Source: Candidatus Krumholzibacteriales bacterium (GTDB lineage: Bacteria; Krumholzibacteriota; Krumholzibacteriia; Krumholzibacteriales; WJIX01). From it: 64,000 nt of DNA. The stretch spans positions 32,001-96,000 of the forward strand of contig JAWODM010000014.1 of the NCBI GenBank assembly GCA_046483305.1. The letters are read 5' to 3'. The notes under the pieces were generated by a model, which made no database searches, was not told the DNA's origin, and was given only the letters and a program-made list of their open reading frames with translations. Shown in pieces: positions 62,200 to 64,000 of the stretch. Both the position numbers and the translations under genes were made by a program. Each line of letters begins with the position of its first letter. Position 1 is the first letter of the stretch.

Positions 62200-62387
62200 T
62201 TGAAGATATTCTTCGGCGCTGTCCGGCCGCCATTTAAATCTATGTTTTTATTATATGATTTGTTAACATTCATGAAAACCTTCTGTATGGGGGGATCAGA
62301 AACAGCTGACAGGCCGGACTGCTGTCGCCCCTGCGGCCGGCCTCCCGCCAGGTTCAGAGACAGATTGATTCCGGAGGTGATAAGTTT

Positions 62388-64000
62388 ATGAGTTCAGTAA
62401 ATATAAGAGCTCCCAGAGGGAGCGAGATAAGCTGCAAGGGCTGGTTTCAGGAAGCGGCCCTGAGGATGCTGATGAACAACCTGGACAGCGAGAACGCAGA
62501 GAACCCAGATGAACTGGTAGTATACGGCGGTACCGGCAAAGCCGCCAGAAACTGGGACTGTTATCATGCCATAGTCAGAGAGCTGAAGAATCTTGAGAAT
62601 GACCAGACCCTGCTGATACAGTCCGGGAAACCGGTGGGTGTCTTCGATTCCCATGAAGGCGCTCCCCGGGTCCTGATCGCCAACTCTCTGCTGGTTCCAA
62701 GGTGGGCTACCTGGGAACATTTCTGGGAGCTGGAGACCAAGAACAAGATGATGTACGGCCAGATGACGGCCGGCTCATGGATGTATATCGGAACCCAGGG
62801 GATACTCCAGGGAACTTACGAGACCTTAGCAGAATGCGCCAGGAAGCACTTCGGGGGAGACCTCAGGGGGAGGTTCGTTCTTTCCGGCGGGCTTGGCGGG
62901 ATGAGCGGCGCGCAGCCCCTGGCGGTTACCATGAACGGAGGGGTGTGCCTGATAGTGGAGGTTGACGAGAAGCGGATCCGCAAAAGACTGGATACCAGGT
63001 ACCTGGACGTGATGGAGACAGATCTGGACAGGGCTCTTTCCAGAGTGGACCGGGCGGTCGAAAAAAAGGAGCCGCTTTCGGTCGGCCTTCTCGGCAATGC
63101 CTCCGATGTGTTCAGAGAGCTCGCTGACAGGGGTATAATACCTGACGTGGTTACCGATCAGACCTCAGCCCACGACGCCCTTAACGGATACATTCCAAGC
63201 GGTTACGACGTGGACGAGGCCGCCGAGCTCAGAAGGAAGGATCCGGACAGGTATGTGAAAGAGGCGATTGAATCGATAGTCGTTCATGTTCAGGCGATGC
63301 TCGATTTCCAGAAGGAAGGGGCGATAGTCTTCGATTACGGCAATAATATCCGGGGCCAGGCCAGAGAGGGAGGGCTGGAAAACGCCTTCGATTTCCCCGG
63401 TTTCGTTCCCGCCTTTATAAGGCCGATGTTCTGTATAGGGAAGGGGCCTTTCCGCTGGCTGGCCCTCTCCGGCAGGGAAGAGGACCTTTACAGGACCGAT
63501 GACCTGGTGCTGGAGCTTTTCCCGGAGAAGGAATCACTGGCGAGATGGATTAAGCTGGCCCGCGAAAAAGTGGCGTTCCAGGGCCTTCCCGCCCGCATCT
63601 GCTGGCTGTCATACGGAGAAAGAGAGAAGCTGGGAGTGGCCATGAACGATCTGGTGGCCAGCGGCGAGATTTCAGCTCCCATTGTAATCGGAAGGGACCA
63701 TCTGGACAGCGGTTCGGTGGCTTCCCCCTTCCGGGAAACAGAGAGTATGAAGGACGGCACCGACGCAGTGGCGGACTGGCCGATTCTCAATGCTCTACTG
63801 AACGCGGTTAACGGCGCGGCCTGGGTATCGGTGCACCACGGAGGAGGCGTGGGTATGGGCCTTTCCATCCATGCGGGGCTGGCAGTGGTGGCCGACGGGA
63901 CCGAAAAAGGGCGTGAAAAGCTGATAAGGTGCCTGAGGGGAGACCCTGGCACAGGGATTGCACGACACGCTGATGCAGGCTATGAAATAGCCGTTAACAA
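62388..64000 (+). CDS. hutU: Urocanate hydratase, 3'-truncated by the window edge (absent from the ORF track)
   Basis: [81 protein letters not shown]. Confidence 0.97.
   Translation, partial: MSSVNIRAPRGSEISCKGWFQEAALRMLMNNLDSENAENPDELVVYGGTGKAARNWDCYHAIVRELKNLENDQTLLIQSGKPVGVFDSHEGAPRVLIANSLLVPRWATWEHFWELETKNKMMYGQMTAGSWMYIGTQGILQGTYETLAECARKHFGGDLRGRFVLSGGLGGMSGAQPLAVTMNGGVCLIVEVDEKRIRKRLDTRYLDVMETDLDRALSRVDRAVEKKEPLSVGLLGNASDVFRELADRGIIPDVVTDQTSAHDALNGYIPSGYDVDEAAELRRKDPDRYVKEAIESIVVHVQAMLDFQKEGAIVFDYGNNIRGQAREGGLENAFDFPGFVPAFIRPMFCIGKGPFRWLALSGREEDLYRTDDLVLELFPEKESLARWIKLAREKVAFQGLPARICWLSYGEREKLGVAMNDLVASGEISAPIVIGRDHLDSGSVASPFRETESMKDGTDAVADWPILNALLNAVNGAAWVSVHHGGGVGMGLSIHAGLAVVADGTEKGREKLIRCLRGDPGTGIARHADAGYEIAVN

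Noticed and set aside
1..64000. CRISPR array, tRNA/rRNA genes, prophage or defence system
   Set aside because: No spaced direct repeats, cloverleaf-compatible segments, or phage/defence motifs seen by eye; tRNAscan-SE, Infernal and DefenseFinder would confirm

Overview
Gene-dense bacterial chromosomal window. The PorU/PorV pair, T9SS-type C-terminal domains, a 'WGxxKxxY' C-terminal tail and a stand-alone GlmU uridyltransferase suggest an FCB-group organism outside Bacteroidota, plausibly Krumholzibacteriota/Latescibacterota; this is inference only. Housekeeping genes: GT4 (partial), clpB, deoxynucleoside kinase, panB, panC, HIT, tatA, SurA/PpiD-like PPIase, M23 peptidase, dnaE, accA, ThiC-family enzyme, DinG helicase, hutU (partial). 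Main points of interest: (1) a three-gene unit encoding a ParA/Soj ATPase fused to a CBM48 glycogen-binding domain, a degenerate MinD-like protein and a small unknown protein; (2) a ~16.7 kb same-strand T9SS-like envelope/secretion cluster (porU, porV, M6 protease with CTD, two paralogous membrane proteins, NHL propeller, SprA-motif barrel, Omp85); (3) an IS1380 with terminal IRs, a 5-bp target duplication, a frameshifted transposase and a predicted RNA-OUT-like antisense RNA; (4) a NamZ-MurU-AmgK peptidoglycan salvage operon; (5) a 150-bp MITE-like element; (6) an accessory block with an IS91-like relic and a 2454-aa repetitive subtilase. No rRNA, tRNA or CRISPR array was seen. All family calls come from motif recognition by eye; no database searches were run.
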